Positions 1 through 12,090 of a DNA stretch of 64,000 bases are shown one piece after another (positions within the stretch are counted from its first letter, which is position 1; each line of letters opens with the position of its first letter). Under the pieces are notes generated by a model. The model was given only the letters and a program-made list of their open reading frames with translations, was not told the origin of the DNA and did no database searches. This DNA comes from the human T2T-CHM13v2.0 reference genome, Homo sapiens. Made by a program: the position numbers and the translations under genes. The stretch is from assembly GCF_009914755.1 (NCBI RefSeq), contig NC_060938.1; one strand, given 5' to 3'.

Positions 1-35
1 AGCCGCTCCCTGCCTGGCATGTGCGGCACCGGCAC

Positions 36-996
36 GGTGAGGTGGCCCTGGTCCGGGTGGCACTGCAGCAGCGTGGTGAGGTGGCCCTGGTCCGGGTGGC
101 ACTGCAGCAGCGTGGTGAGGTGGCCCTGGTCCGGGTGGCACTGCAGCAGCGTGGTGAGGTGGCCCTGGTCCGGGTGGCACTGCAGCAGCGTGGTGAGGTG
201 GCCCTGGTCCGGGTGGCACTGCAGCAGCGTGGTGAGGTGGCCCTGGTCCGGGTGGCACTGCAGCAGCGTGGTGAGGTGGCCCTGGTCCGGGTGGCACTGC
301 AGCAGCGTGGTGAGGTGGCCCTGGTCCGGGTGGCACTGCAGCAGCGTGGTGAGGTGGCCCTGGTCCGGGTGGCACTGCAGCAGCGTGGTGAGGTGGCCCT
401 GGTCCGGGTGGCACTGCAGCAGCGTGGTGAGGTGGCCCTGGTCCGGGTGGCACTGCAGCAGCGTGGTGAGGTGGCCCTGGTCCGGGTGGCACTGCAGCAG
501 CGTGGTGAGGTGGCCCTGGTCCGGGTGGCACTGCAGCAGCGTGGTGAGGTGGCCCTGGTCCGGGTGGCACTGCAGCAGTGTGGTGAGGTGATTCCGGTCC
601 GGGTGGCACTGCAGCAGTGTGGTGAGGTGGCCCTGCTCCGGGTGGCACTGCAGCAGCGTGGTGAGGTGGCCCTGGTCCGGGTGGCACTGCAGCAGCGTGG
701 TGAGGTGGCCCTGGTCCGGGTGGCACTGCAGCAGCGTGGTGAGGTGGCCCTGGTCCGGGTGGCACTGCAGCAGCGTGGTGAGGTGGCCCTGGTCCGGGTG
801 GCACTGCAGCAGTGTGGTGAGGTGGCCCTGGTCCGGGTGGCACTGCAGCAGTGTGGTGAGGTGATTCCGGTCCGGGTGGCACTGCAGCAGTGTGGTGAGG
901 TGATTCCGGTCCGGGTGGCACTGCAGCAGTGTGGCGAGGTGGCCCTGGTCCGGGTGGCACTGTGCTGGCACAGTGAGGCAGCCCTCGTCCAGGTGG
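36..996. repeat. Minisatellite/VNTR, 39-bp unit GGTGAGGTGGCCCTGGTCCGGGTGGCACTGCAGCAGCGT, ~24 copies
   Basis: Unit read directly; the 13-aa periodicity of ORFs 19..591 and 21..1097 confirms 39 bp. The first ~13 copies are identical; later copies carry CAGTGT and GTGATTCCGG variants; degenerate after ~962. Confidence 0.97.
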
Positions 997-1116
997 TTGC
1001 AGGCTGCCCGCCCCAAGGTGGACGAGGGAATGTGACAGGAGCTGCCCAGGGCTCCCAGTGCCCCCAGGCTGTGTATACAGTGACCTCACTGGTCTGAGGC
1101 ATCATCCAGGCCGGGG

Positions 1117-1144
1117 TTGCATATTATTTGCATATTATTTGCAT
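1117..1144. promoter_or_regulatory. Tandem POU octamer sites (ATTTGCAT x2, 11-bp spacing)
   Basis: TTGCATATTATTTGCATATTATTTGCAT; perfect octamers at 1126-1133 and 1137-1144. Function untested. Confidence 0.4.
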
Positions 1145-2889
1145 CTCCGTTGGTTTCTTGGGGAAGCCAAGTCTGCTGCTGGTCTGGTGCCTGCACCTCA
1201 TGACAGGTTGGGTCTGGAACCCAGGCCTTTGGCTCCAAGTTCTCTGTGATCTGCCAGGATGTGGGTGGCACTGAGCGGTCCCTGGGGAGGGAGTCAGGAG
1301 GCAGGAGCAGAAGCCAGACCAGGTACAGATGAGGCAGAGACAGTCCCCTCTGTGGGGCTGGGGTGAGCAGCTGACAGAGGTGTCTGCTGGCCTGAACTCT
1401 CATCCTCCAGACTGGGTGAGGGAGTGGAGAGTGCTCTCGGGGCCCACTGAGGACGACAGCCTGAACTCCCAGCCCTGGGCCCCCTGAAGTGAAGTGGCGG
1501 CTGGTATGCTCCCATGTCGGGGGCTCTTCCCAAGTAGGGAGTGGTCATGAAGGGGCCCCCCTGGGTCCTGGGGGCTGTGGATGGACAGACCAGAGCCCAC
1601 ATGGTGGCAGCGGTGATGATTTTGCTCAGCCGTTCCTCCTCACCTTGGGCTCTCTTGGGGGATTAGCCTCGTAAACAAGCAGTTCTCACCCTCTCAGGGC
1701 TCAGGGCCCTTCCCTGTCGTTCCTGATTTCCGCTCAGCCCCGGGGAGGCCTGTCTGGGCCAGTGGCAGGTCCCCTGGAGCCCGCGCCTTGGAGGGCAGTG
1801 CAGAGGCCTGGACTGCGCCTGTGGGGAGGGGAGTGCAGGGAACCGCGCCTTCGGCTGAGGGTTGGAGGCCCCGCGTTGTCCTGCTGGCTGGGGGACCTGG
1901 GGCACGTCCTGGCTCCTCCCTGGGCCTCAGTTTTCACATTTTGTTCAATGCAGGGCTGGGTGGTGAAGTCCTGGCTGAGGGAATGTGACAGGTGCCTACC
2001 CGGGCCCCTCATCTCCCAGGACTTGGGGGACTGAGGAGCAAGCATCCTCCGTGTAGACACGTGAGGCCAGGAGACACCCGCAAGGTCAGGTCTGGAATAT
2101 GGAGGTTTCTGGATGACCAAGCAGCTGCTTCTTAAAAACTCTACTTTTGAAAGGGACTGCTTTGCATCAGAATCTCTCCAGAGTGAAGGGTGGACCCGCT
2201 GGTTTCTGAAGCCGCTGCAGACGTGGGTTTGCAGATTGGCCCAATCTCAGCCCCGCTGGTGAGTTGGGGCTAACAGGGCCTGGTACAGGCTGCAAGGCTA
2301 ATTTAGGATCCAATGAGATGAGACGTGTAGGGTGCCCAGTGCCACCTGTGAGGCATTGCTGTTGGGAGAGCAGAATGTTCTGGAGCCATTAGGCTCCACC
2401 AGGCAGGGAGGACACCTCCTGGAAGCCTCTGACCTGCCTCATGGGTCCAGCCTGGTCTTTCACAGCTGGAAGCAGGGGCTGGCTGTGCCTTTTCACTGAA
2501 AAGGGCGGCATTTTTGTTCTTTCTTGAAAATATAAGCATTACTGTTCTTTAAAGTAGATGTAGAATTCAGGTCTTCGAGATTTTTTACAGAGGGATTTTC
2601 ATAATATACATGTGACCACCAATTCTTAAACATTTACTATGCAAACTGTTTTAAAGTTTAAAAAAAAAAAAAAAAAGCAAATGGTTCTGTTAAAAAAAAA
2701 AAAAGGTACCAAAAACCCGTAAGCAGCAAAGCTGGAATTCGGGCCCAGGTGTGTGGGACACTGCCTCTCTGTCTGCTCCGGTCCTTCCATGAGTCCCTGC
2801 TGAGCTGGCACCAAGAGTCCCTTCCCAGCCCCCCAACCCCCCAGGCCCCCAGCCCCTCACTGTCCTCTGGCCTCTCATTATCTCAGTTC

Positions 2890-2970
2890 CGCACATGGAA
2901 AATCAATAAATAGTTTGCATAGTGTTCTCCCCTCCTGCCTTTTATCAATATTTAATGACAGGCTGCGGGA
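2890..2970. promoter_or_regulatory. Candidate enhancer core (AT-rich, homeodomain/MEIS/POU motifs)
   Basis: AATCAATAAA 2901-2910, TTTGCAT 2914-2920, ATCAATA 2944-2950 and TAATGACAG 2953-2961 in non-repeat DNA. Confidence 0.35.
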
Positions 2971-5900
2971 TGCTTTTGGTGTGCATCCTTCTGGGGCCCC
3001 TCCTAATGGGATAGCGACAGAGGTCTCTGCAGGTGCCCGGGCTCACAGATCGCCTCCTGGATGAGGCCCGGGTGGCCGCGATTGGCTGCGCGGGCAGCAG
3101 GCTTGGAGTCGGGGGAACTCGGTGATGAATTTTAACAACCTGGGAAGACTCTGGCACCGGCCGCTGTGCAATTAGCGGCCTGCGGATGTCAGGGTGGGTT
3201 CCAGATGGGAGGCGCGGGGGAGGGGGCTCCTCTTTGCCAGCTTGGCTGGGAGGGTGCACGTGGGGTAGGCTGGAGTCAGACATGGTGCGGGGCGGGGGGC
3301 TCTTCCCAGCCGTGTGTCCTCTCTCACAGACTCAGAGGGAGGTGGTATTTAATTTGGCTCAGCAGCTGCCCAGAAACCCTGACCCCTTCAGGGCTGCACA
3401 TCCTATGTGAAGCGGGGTCCACCCGGCCCCCTCCCCCAATGACGTAGAAGCTGATCATCCCCTTTCAGAGTTCAAGCCTCTCTGAGAGAAGCTGACCCTG
3501 ATCCGCATCCATTAGGCGGTGGCTTTGGGCTGAAGTCCACATTGGCTGGTAACAGGGTCAGTAAATAAGGCGGCTCGGTGACAGTTCCGGAGGTACAGAT
3601 GAATACATAACGTCAGCTTCCTGCCTGTCCCCATAACCAGGAGGGGTGGCAAGGCTAGCCGTGTGTGGGGGGCTCACTCAATGCTGCTGTGAGTCTCTGG
3701 GTCTGGATTCCACATCTATACGTATTTCGCCCCCGCCCCGCAGGAGGCCCATCCTGCGGCGGTGGCTGCTTCCCCGAGACTTGAGCACGAGTGTGTGGGG
3801 CCAACACTGGCCAGGAAGGAGGTGGCTACTGAACTGATGACAGCTGGTCCCTCTGATATACGGAGGCTCTGGGCTTGGGGATTATTCCGCCTGTGGATTT
3901 ATCGCCCTTCCGGAAGGCAGCCCAATGGGCCTGTGGGCTTGGCCTCAAGGAATGTTTGGCTTTGGGGTGAGAGGGCTTGCAGGGGGATGGGCTTGCTCCT
4001 TTGGGGGCCAGGCTCATTCCCTCGGAAGCAGGACAGCCCCGAGGCCTCCCCAGGGTCCTCTTCTGGGACAAGCTCCCTTTGTCTTTGAGGACATGGGAAG
4101 ACCCCGAGAGGGAGCTGTCGTGGGCCGCCGACAAAAGCCCACTTTACACTCACCAGCTTGGCGGGAGCTCTGCGTGTGGTCCAAAGCCGTGTCCCCTCTG
4201 TGGCGGGCGGCATGGCGGGGGCAGCTGGGGCCCCTCTATCCTCCCGCGGCTGCACGTGCTTCCCTGCGAAAAGCAGGGTGAAGCGACGTCTCGGGGCCAG
4301 GACCCTGCTCTGTAGCGGGGCGGGGGGTCCTCCAGAGGGAGAGGAGGAAGGAAAGGGCGTTGGGCTGAGGGGATTGGAATCTGGGGTCACAGGGCTCTGC
4401 CAGGGCTCCTTTGCCAGCCACCTGCCCCGGCTGGGAACTCAGCCACCCTGTGTCTCTGTTCCCATCTGTATCTGGGGACTGCAGAAACTGCCTCCTAGGA
4501 AGTCAGGAACATGGGGCACACTGGGGGCCCTTTGAGTTCCCCTCTGCCCTGCTGGCTCTCGGCCCATCCTGACTCTCCCCACCGGAGCTCCTGGAGCCGA
4601 CCCTGCATGGGCCCCACCCAACTCTCTCAGGCTCGGACCTGCTGGTGACTCTCCACGCTCAGGACCCACTGTCTCCGCAGGCCATCTGTGTACCCTGCAT
4701 CCGCACAGGTGCCCTCCCCAGGTCCCCAGAACTCCTGCCTCTCAGGCCGGGCTGCCCCAGGGAAGGGAGCACAGCCAGGAACCCGGTCTGCAAATGAAAC
4801 GCTGGTCAGAGCCTCCCCACCAGGCCACGTGGTGGGTGGCATGCAGGCTCCCTGGGCTCTTAGGCACCCCCGGTGGCATTGACAGCTGGGGAGAGAGGTG
4901 GTCTCAAGGACTATGGAGTCCTTCCTGAAAGTCTCTGCTCCTACGCAGCGGAAACGAGTGAGACTGGGAGTCAGCCCATGGCGAGGAGCTGGGGTGGGGG
5001 AACATGGGGACCCGAGACCCAGGCAAAGGCCACCAGTGCTCCCCAGGCGTGTAGCCTGAGCCTTTGGCCCCCAGAAGGGGGTGCGGTGGGGGCACCCCCT
5101 GGGCAAACCTGCAGCATAGAACAGCACAGAGGGCCGGGGCCCGGGTAGGTGGATGTGGAGAGGTGTTCCGGAGGGTCTCGGATGCTATGAAGAGATGAGA
5201 GGTGTTCAGACGCCATGAAGAGGGGGGATGCCGCCCTGTGGGTGGAGGGTGGTCTGGAAGGCCCCAGGCTGAGGGGCAGCCCTGGGGGGTGTGGGCTGGG
5301 GAAGCCTCCGGGCAGTGGCTGGCCTGGTGCCCTTGAGCTGCTCTACCCCTCATGGTACCAGGACCCTTGGCGCCCAGATGTGCTGGGAGCCTGCACCCTG
5401 CGGAGGGGGGCCAGGCCCCTCCTCCCCGCTTTGTCCTCTGCAGCCACCTTGGGCCGCCACCCTCTGACCTGCTGGGGGGTTGTCTCTGTGCGTCATCTGG
5501 GTGGCCTGAGCCCGGCTCTGATGACTTCACATGGAGCCACCTGCCAACAGAGACGCTGGCAAAGCAGCTGCTCTGGGACCTGACAGAAAAGATAAAAATG
5601 ATGGAATGTTTGTTCTCTGACATGGAAAACCAGGCTCCCACATTTAGGGCAATTGGAGAAAGATCTTCCTGCTCACCTCGGAGCACAGGTGAAAGACCTG
5701 CTCTCTTGCACACCTGCTGCTCCCTGGGCCAGGCACAGCCGCCTCCCGTCTTCTGATGGTGCTGTGGCTGTGGCCTGGCTCTGCCTGCATGGAGCGTTGT
5801 GCCAGTTAGGGGGTCTCTATGGTGTCAGGGAGCTTCGGGCTCCCCTGGGCTCTGTGCACAGGCCTCTTGGTGGGGCTGGCAGGACAAAAGGAGAGGAAGA

Positions 5901-8454
5901 AATCGAAGTTAGTCTCAAACTGCTAGACCACAGATCCCATGGGCGGGTCATTCAATGTGGTGGGGGACAGTAGGTGGTGTGACCAAGGCCATCACACAGG
6001 GGCACCTGAGGGTGGGAACATGCGGCCAGCCTGTCCCTCAGGCCTGCCTGGGGTCCTCAACCCAGCATGGGTCAGGGAGTGCTGGCCTGCAGCCCAAGAG
6101 ACGGGGACTCCACTCCTGGCCTTCTGCGTCTTTGCTTGGAAGGCTCTTATGGCTTTGTGGCCCATCCCCAAGTGCCAGCTCCTTGGGTACAGCCTCCTGT
6201 GTCAGGGTCAGTGCGGGGTCATGGCACAGGGCTGCCCTGAAGGGTGCAGAGGAGACCAAAGCCACAAGCTAGGTCTCTTGAGGGCAGCTGCCTCTCGGAC
6301 CCTTCAAAATGGGTTGGGCCCTGACCCTGGTCTCGGACCAACCCTGCCCCTCCCTGCTGAGGTATAGATGGAGCTGTCAGGGACTTGGAGGCCAGCGTCT
6401 TCTCCCCCACTCCCCACTGTTGGAGGCCCCCAGCAGACTCCCTCAGTTTTCTTGCTAAGGCCTCTGCCACGCGGGGTGGTGGCTGTGCACCGTACGGCAC
6501 GTGCCCTGTACAAGCCCCTCTGGGCCCCTGCTGTGGCCTTCACCGTTGGCCAAGTTCCCGCTCTGGGTCACTCTGCTGATGGCTGAGGGGGCAGGGTGTG
6601 AGGGCGTGGTCCACTCCCAGACTCCTACTCTCCCCAAAGCCCCTCCCCGACCCTGCCCTCCCGCCTCTGCAGGCAGCCTGCCGCCCCCGCCCCCACCCCA
6701 GCTGCCTCCTCCTTTCTCTGACAACCTCCTGCCTGGGGTGTCCTGGAACTGCGCCAGGGGGACCAGGTGACCTTGGACACGGCGTAGCTGCCTGGGCCAC
6801 CCCCTTTCCTTGGTAATTTGCGCAGACTCCGGAGGGAGCATGAGCAGCTGAGTGCTGGGGGAGGGGCTTTCCTCTTCCTGTCTGTCATGTCCAGCCTGTG
6901 AAGAGCACGCTGGCTGAGCTGGCGAGAGGGGTGGGGGCGTCCTGGGGCTGCTTCTGCTCTGATGAAGGCACCCACTGTCACTGTCCCGGCCCTCGCTGAG
7001 TGTTCCCGGACCCGTGGGCCCGCGTCTGTGCCAGGCCTTGGGGAGCTCCAGCCTCGGAGCCTCTTCCCGTTCTCAGACCTCAGTGCGAGGAGGAAATCGG
7101 GTGAGTTGAGGTTAATGTTTCCATTAAACCTGGATGGATTTTCCCTGCGTGGAAGGAGCTGTTACGCGCCAGGGCTCTGAGCAGCATGGACGGGGCCCCA
7201 GCGCAGCCACGCTCCCGAACGAATGCCCTCCTGGGAGGGCCCGGCTGCCTGCCTGCCCCCGTGCCTCTGCCGCCAGGCCTCGCCCTCCCTCCTCTCCTCT
7301 CTTGTGAATAAAGGGCCTCAACCCCACCTACCCGGTGTGCTGAGGGTCCTGCTATACTTAAACTGTAGTTAAAGCAAAAACAAACAAACAAAAACAAAAA
7401 AAACATGCAAAACCCCTGTGGCAACAGCTTGTCCCGTGCATATCATCTCCACTAATCCATGTCTCCTGCTCGGGGTCCTGCGGTTTCCAGGCCTGTATCT
7501 TCGGGTACTTATTTTCCATTTCCTCCCGAGAGTTTAGCCTGCTAATGAGATTTTGGTGTCTGGTATCTTGGCACATGTCTCCAAAGAGATTTATGGGGCT
7601 TCCCTCTCCTGGCCCCTCACTTGTCCTTGGCAGGAAGCTCAAGGGGTTCGATGTAATCTGCTCCAGGGCCCTGGGAGGGGGCAGAATGTGCTGGAAGGCA
7701 GATCTGGGTGGGGTCTGCGGCCAGAAGCTGGATGTCTGCTCTGGAGGAGCCAGGCTGGTGGCGTGTAGTCTGTGGTGGCCCTGGGATAACCAGAGAGGGG
7801 TGTGGGTGGGGGTCCCCTAGACCACCGGCCACCTCGGAGCCAGTCTACAGACTTGGTGTCTCCGCCAGCGCCAGTGATCTGAGCCGAGCGCCCCCTGCTG
7901 GTGTTTGGGCTTCCCAGTCCCACTTCACAGTGGGGGCTCCAGGCTCAGACCCACCCATCCATGCCACAGCACTCAGCCTCTGCTCAGGGGCTGGATCTGG
8001 CCGGGACCTTGGGTGCTCGGGGGCCCCATGCTCTCCAGGGACAGGGACCTTCGGCTCCACCTGCTGCCTCAGGTGGTCTCATCCATGTGGCTTCAGCCCA
8101 TTTTCCAGGCAGGGGACAGAGCAGCAGTGACCACAGGGCTGTACAGACACCTGGGGCAGAAGGAGCTGTGGGCCCCTGCCTGGTCCAGAGGTTTCCAGGC
8201 CGCAAGCCTGTCCCTGGCTGCTGAACGCCGGCTGGGCTCGGCCTGGGTGGAGGAGAGGCCACAAGGCTTGGGTCAGGGAGGGCCTGACCTTGCTGTGACC
8301 TTGGGCACGTCTCCCTACTCTCAATAGAGTGGGGCTAAGAGCAGTGCTGTCGTCGGTGGGATGGAGGGAAGATGCCTCCCAGGGGGCGTTGCCGACCCAT
8401 GGTGGGTAGATGCCCACCATCACCCCAGCTGCATTTCCTCCTGGGATCTGGAGA

Positions 8455-9460
8455 CTGCTCAGAGTGAAGGTGGGTGTGACTCCCCGGGGCTGCTCGGAGT
8501 GAAGGTGGGTGTGGCTCCCTGGGGCTGCTCTGAGTGAAGGCAGGTGTGACTCCCCGGGGCTGCTCTGAGTGAAGGCAGGTGTGGCTCCCTGGGGCTGCTC
8601 TGAGTGAAGGCAGGTGTGGCTCCCTGGGGCAGCTCAGAGTGAAGGCGGTTGTGACTCCCCGGGGCTGCTCGGAGTGAAGGCGGTTGTGACTCCCGGGGGC
8701 AGCTCAGAGTGAAGGCGGGTGTGGCTCCCTGGGGCTGCTCTGAGTGAAAGCAGGTGTGGCTCCCTGGGGCTGCTCGGAGTGAAGGCAGGTGTGGCTCCCC
8801 GGGGCTGCTCTGAGTGAAGGCAGGTGTGACTCCCCGGGGCTGCTCTGAGTGAAGGCAGGTGTGGCTCCCCGGGGCTGCTCTGAGTGAAGGCAGGTGTGGC
8901 TCCCTGGGGCAGCTCAGAGTGAAGGCGGTTGTGACTCCCCGGGGCTGCTCGGAGTGAAGGCGGTTGTGACTCCCGGGGGCAGCTCAGAGTGAAGGCGGGT
9001 GTGGCTCCCTGGGGCTGCTCTGAGTGAAAGCAGGTGTGGCTCCCCGGGGCTGCTCGGAGTGAAGGCAGGTGTGGCTCCCCGGGGCTGCTCGGAGTGAAGG
9101 CAGGTGTGACTCCCCGGGGCAGCTCAGAGTGAAGGCAGGTGTGGCTCCCTGGGGCTGCTCTGAGTGAAGGCAGGTGTGGCTCCCGCGGGCTGCTCAGAGT
9201 GAAGGTGGGTGTGGCTCCCAGGGGCAGCTCAGAGTGAAGGCAGGTGTGGCTCCCGAGGGCTGCTCAGGGTGAAGGCGGGTGTGGCTCCCGCGGGCTGCTC
9301 AGAGTGAAGGTGGGTGTGGCTCCCAGGGGCAGCTCAGAGTGAAGGCAGGTGTGGCTCCCTCGGGCTGCTTAGAGTGAAGGCAGGTGTGGCTCCCTGGGGC
9401 TGCTCTGAGTGAAGGCAGGTGTGGCTCCCGGGGCTGCTCTGAGTGAAGGTGGGTGTGACT
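8455..9460. repeat. Minisatellite/VNTR, 35-bp unit CTGCTCTGAGTGAAGGCAGGTGTGGCTCCCTGGGG, ~29 copies
   Basis: CTGCTC recurs at 8455, 8490 and onward. Units vary, and an internal 280-bp (8-unit) duplication is visible. Confidence 0.96.
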
Positions 9461-9474
9461 TGCTTCAGATCTCA

Positions 9475-9575
9475 TTGACGTGGATCTTGGGCAAGTGGTT
9501 TTCACTCTCTGGAGCCAGTTTTCTTACCTGGGAATTGGGTTAAATCCCGGTGGCCTTGGGCTGTGGTGGAAGTTA
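9475..9575 (+). mobile_element. MIR fragment
   Basis: gtggatcttgggcaagtggttttcactctctggagccagttttcttacctg resembles the MIR core. Confidence 0.5.
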
Positions 9576-10749
9576 GACAGGACAGCCACATGCCACACAC
9601 CTGACAGCCTGACAGATGTGTCACTGATGGTCACTGGTGGGTTATGTGGGGCTACTCCTCTGCCTCTGACTCTAGGATCCCATTAGTTGTTTACCAAAGT
9701 AGCATGTCCACCAGGGTGCTTCTGGGTATACGGCTTGCTTCCAACTCTCTCACTGATATTTTAGGTCCGCTAACACTTGGAGAAATCTTTTGGTGTGAAT
9801 TATTCTCAGCAGCTGCAGGGCACCCTGGTTCACTTTCCCGTTTCTCAAGCTCCAATGGTGCCCGACACTGTTTCCTGGGGAGGAAGCTGATGTGCCTTTA
9901 GGTGGACGCCTGTGTGAGGCTAGCCCGGGCCGAGCTGGAGCTACCAGCCTTCTGCGGGCATGCATGCCTGGCCTGCCTCAGCAAACACACGATAAATCCA
10001 TTTCCCCAGGCCGCCTGCTCCCACTTCCCAGATAGCCGGGCTCATACTCACATTTATGTTTCATTTTGTCTGGCTAATATTGTCTTAGATAAATTAGGGG
10101 GAGCAGATTAGTGTTTGATTTAGTGGTAGGAACTCCGATGAGCCTAACGTTTCGTTTTAGTGGTGCCGGGGATGGGATGGGGGTCCCTGGTTCCTCATAG
10201 CCCTTGTGGTGGTGGCTCCTGAACCAGGAGGGGTCATTTGCATGGGCCCAGGCTCTCAGTGCAGACCCAGCAGGTCTCTCTGGCCGCTGGGACAGTGGTC
10301 AGATGAGGTGGCCCCTGTGGGGCCTGGGGGCACAGAGGTGCCACAGTGAGCCAGCCTGGCCCCTTGCTAGCAATAGGCTTGTGCTAGAAGAAAGACAGAA
10401 CTGACCTGCAGGTGTCAGCAGCTGAGCCTCCTTGTCCTCCCTCCTCTGCACGCTTTCCTGTGCCTGTGTTATTAAGGGGGCCAGGCCAGGAAGTGCTAAA
10501 TTAGTTATGAGATGCAGGGCTCCAGGGATTCAATGGGGTTGTGTCCTCGCTTCCTGTGCATTTCCTGTGTGCTGGGCATGGCCCAGAGAGACTCACAGAC
10601 AGAGGCCTGCCCTGGAGACTCCCAGGCTGCAGTGGCCAGAGAAGGATCCCAGGGGTCTTATGCTTGTGCAACTTTGGGGGGTCTTCTTTAAGAAAGAAAA
10701 TTTAAAAGTAGAAATATCTAATTGGTTCTAGGCCTTGCAAGAACCTGTG

Positions 10750-11310
10750 TCAGTGGGGGCTTTGTGGCTGAGCTTTCATTAGGGGCTGAATGAATTGCCC
10801 CATGTAGGGCCGTCAGCCTGATGAGACCATCACTGTCTCCAGGGATGGGGACTCACAGGTTAACAGTGACAGAAACTCTCACAGTAGCTGGGGCTGAAGG
10901 ATTTGCTGGATGAGACCTGGGCATCCTGTGGAATCTAAGGATGGTTGAATCCCCAGGATGGGAGGCAGCTGGGATTTAGGGGCCACCAGGGCCAAGGCCC
11001 AGAGGTCTCCTTCCCAGGTCAGGCCTCAGCTCTCTCACTGGTTTGTTCCACGTGTGGCAAATGTGTGGCTGGAGGCTCCCCAATTTTGCACCTTACACCT
11101 CTGGCCACCAGAGATAAATTGACTTTTGTTTCCTAGTTCAAGTTCCAGTAACCCTGGAAAAGTGCTCTGATTGGCCCAGCCTGAATCAGGTGGCTCCCTT
11201 AGGATCACTCAGCTGGGGCCAGGGCAGTGGGGTCACAGTGCACTAACCTAGCAGGTTTGCAATAGCTGTGGGGTGGAGAACAGGAAGTAGTTCCTGGAAA
11301 GGGGTAAGTC
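10750..11310 (-). mobile_element. Degenerate ancient MaLR LTR (MLT1J/K-like)
   Basis: ctctgattggcccagcctgaatcaggtg...ggccagggcagtggggtcac is typical of old MLT1 LTRs; edges uncertain. Confidence 0.4.
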
Positions 11311-11349
11311 ATACTGATCTCCTTTCTGACTAAGCCGAGGCTACTGTGG

Positions 11350-11700
11350 GGGCTCAGAGGAAGGTGTGACTTAACTCTGCTTTGAGAACAATGGACAGTT
11401 TCGTAGAGGTTGGGCCATTTGGGCTGAGTCTTGCAGTATCAATAGGAATTCACTAGGCAGAGCTGGAGACTAAGGTGACTCTAGGGGGAGGCATGGAGAG
11501 GTAGAATTGCTTGGGAAGAGTAACTTGTTCAAGGTGATTGGAGCGTAGACTTTGGTGGTGGCAGGAGGGTGGAGTGAATGGGCAGGAAGCTGGGTATGAG
11601 GTGGAAAGGCCTTGGACTTGACTCTAGAAATACTAGGAAGCCACCAGAGGGCTTGAGCAGAGGTGACGTGACCAGATCCTTCCTGTGTTCCTGTGAGGAT
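11350..11700 (-). mobile_element. L2 LINE fragment
   Basis: ttgggctgagtcttg...ggccttggacttgactctag...ggaagccaccagagggcttgagcagagg resembles the antisense L2 3' region. Confidence 0.6.
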
Positions 11701-11971
11701 GGGTAGACAGGGCCCCCTGGGAGCTCACAGAGGTGGAGTACTTTGCCCAAGGTGGCGAGAGGGGACGCCCGCAGCCTGGGTCCCAGTGCAGCCCTTGTTC
11801 CCATGGGTCCAGATTCCTGAGCCTCACCCACCCCTCCCTCACCACTGCCACCTGGCCAGTAGCCACAGGTGGCTTCCAGAGCACTCTCTTACCGTCCCCC
11901 AGGGTTTTCTGGGTACTGACCTTCTCTCTCTCACTTGGGATACCCACCCCTATCAGGGAAATCAGGGGAGG

Positions 11972-12090
11972 CACTATTGTCTCCTTTACAGAGGAGTAAA
12001 CTGAGGCTGGGTTAACATTACTTGTTCAAGTCACTCAGCTAAGACGGGCAGTGCTGGGATTTGAACCCAGCTCTGCCTGGCTTCTGAGCC
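11972..12090 (-). mobile_element. MIR
   Basis: tttacagaggagtaaactgaggct...cttgttcaagtcactcagcta...gggatttgaacccag is the antisense MIR core. Confidence 0.8.

Noticed and set aside
36-962. CTCF site array (GGGTGGCAC in each unit)
   Set aside because: Only the 3' half of the CTCF core matches; the 5' CC and central AG are absent.
19-1097. 190-aa and 358-aa repetitive ORFs
   Set aside because: The 13-aa periodicity simply mirrors the 39-bp VNTR, and the starts lie at the array edge.
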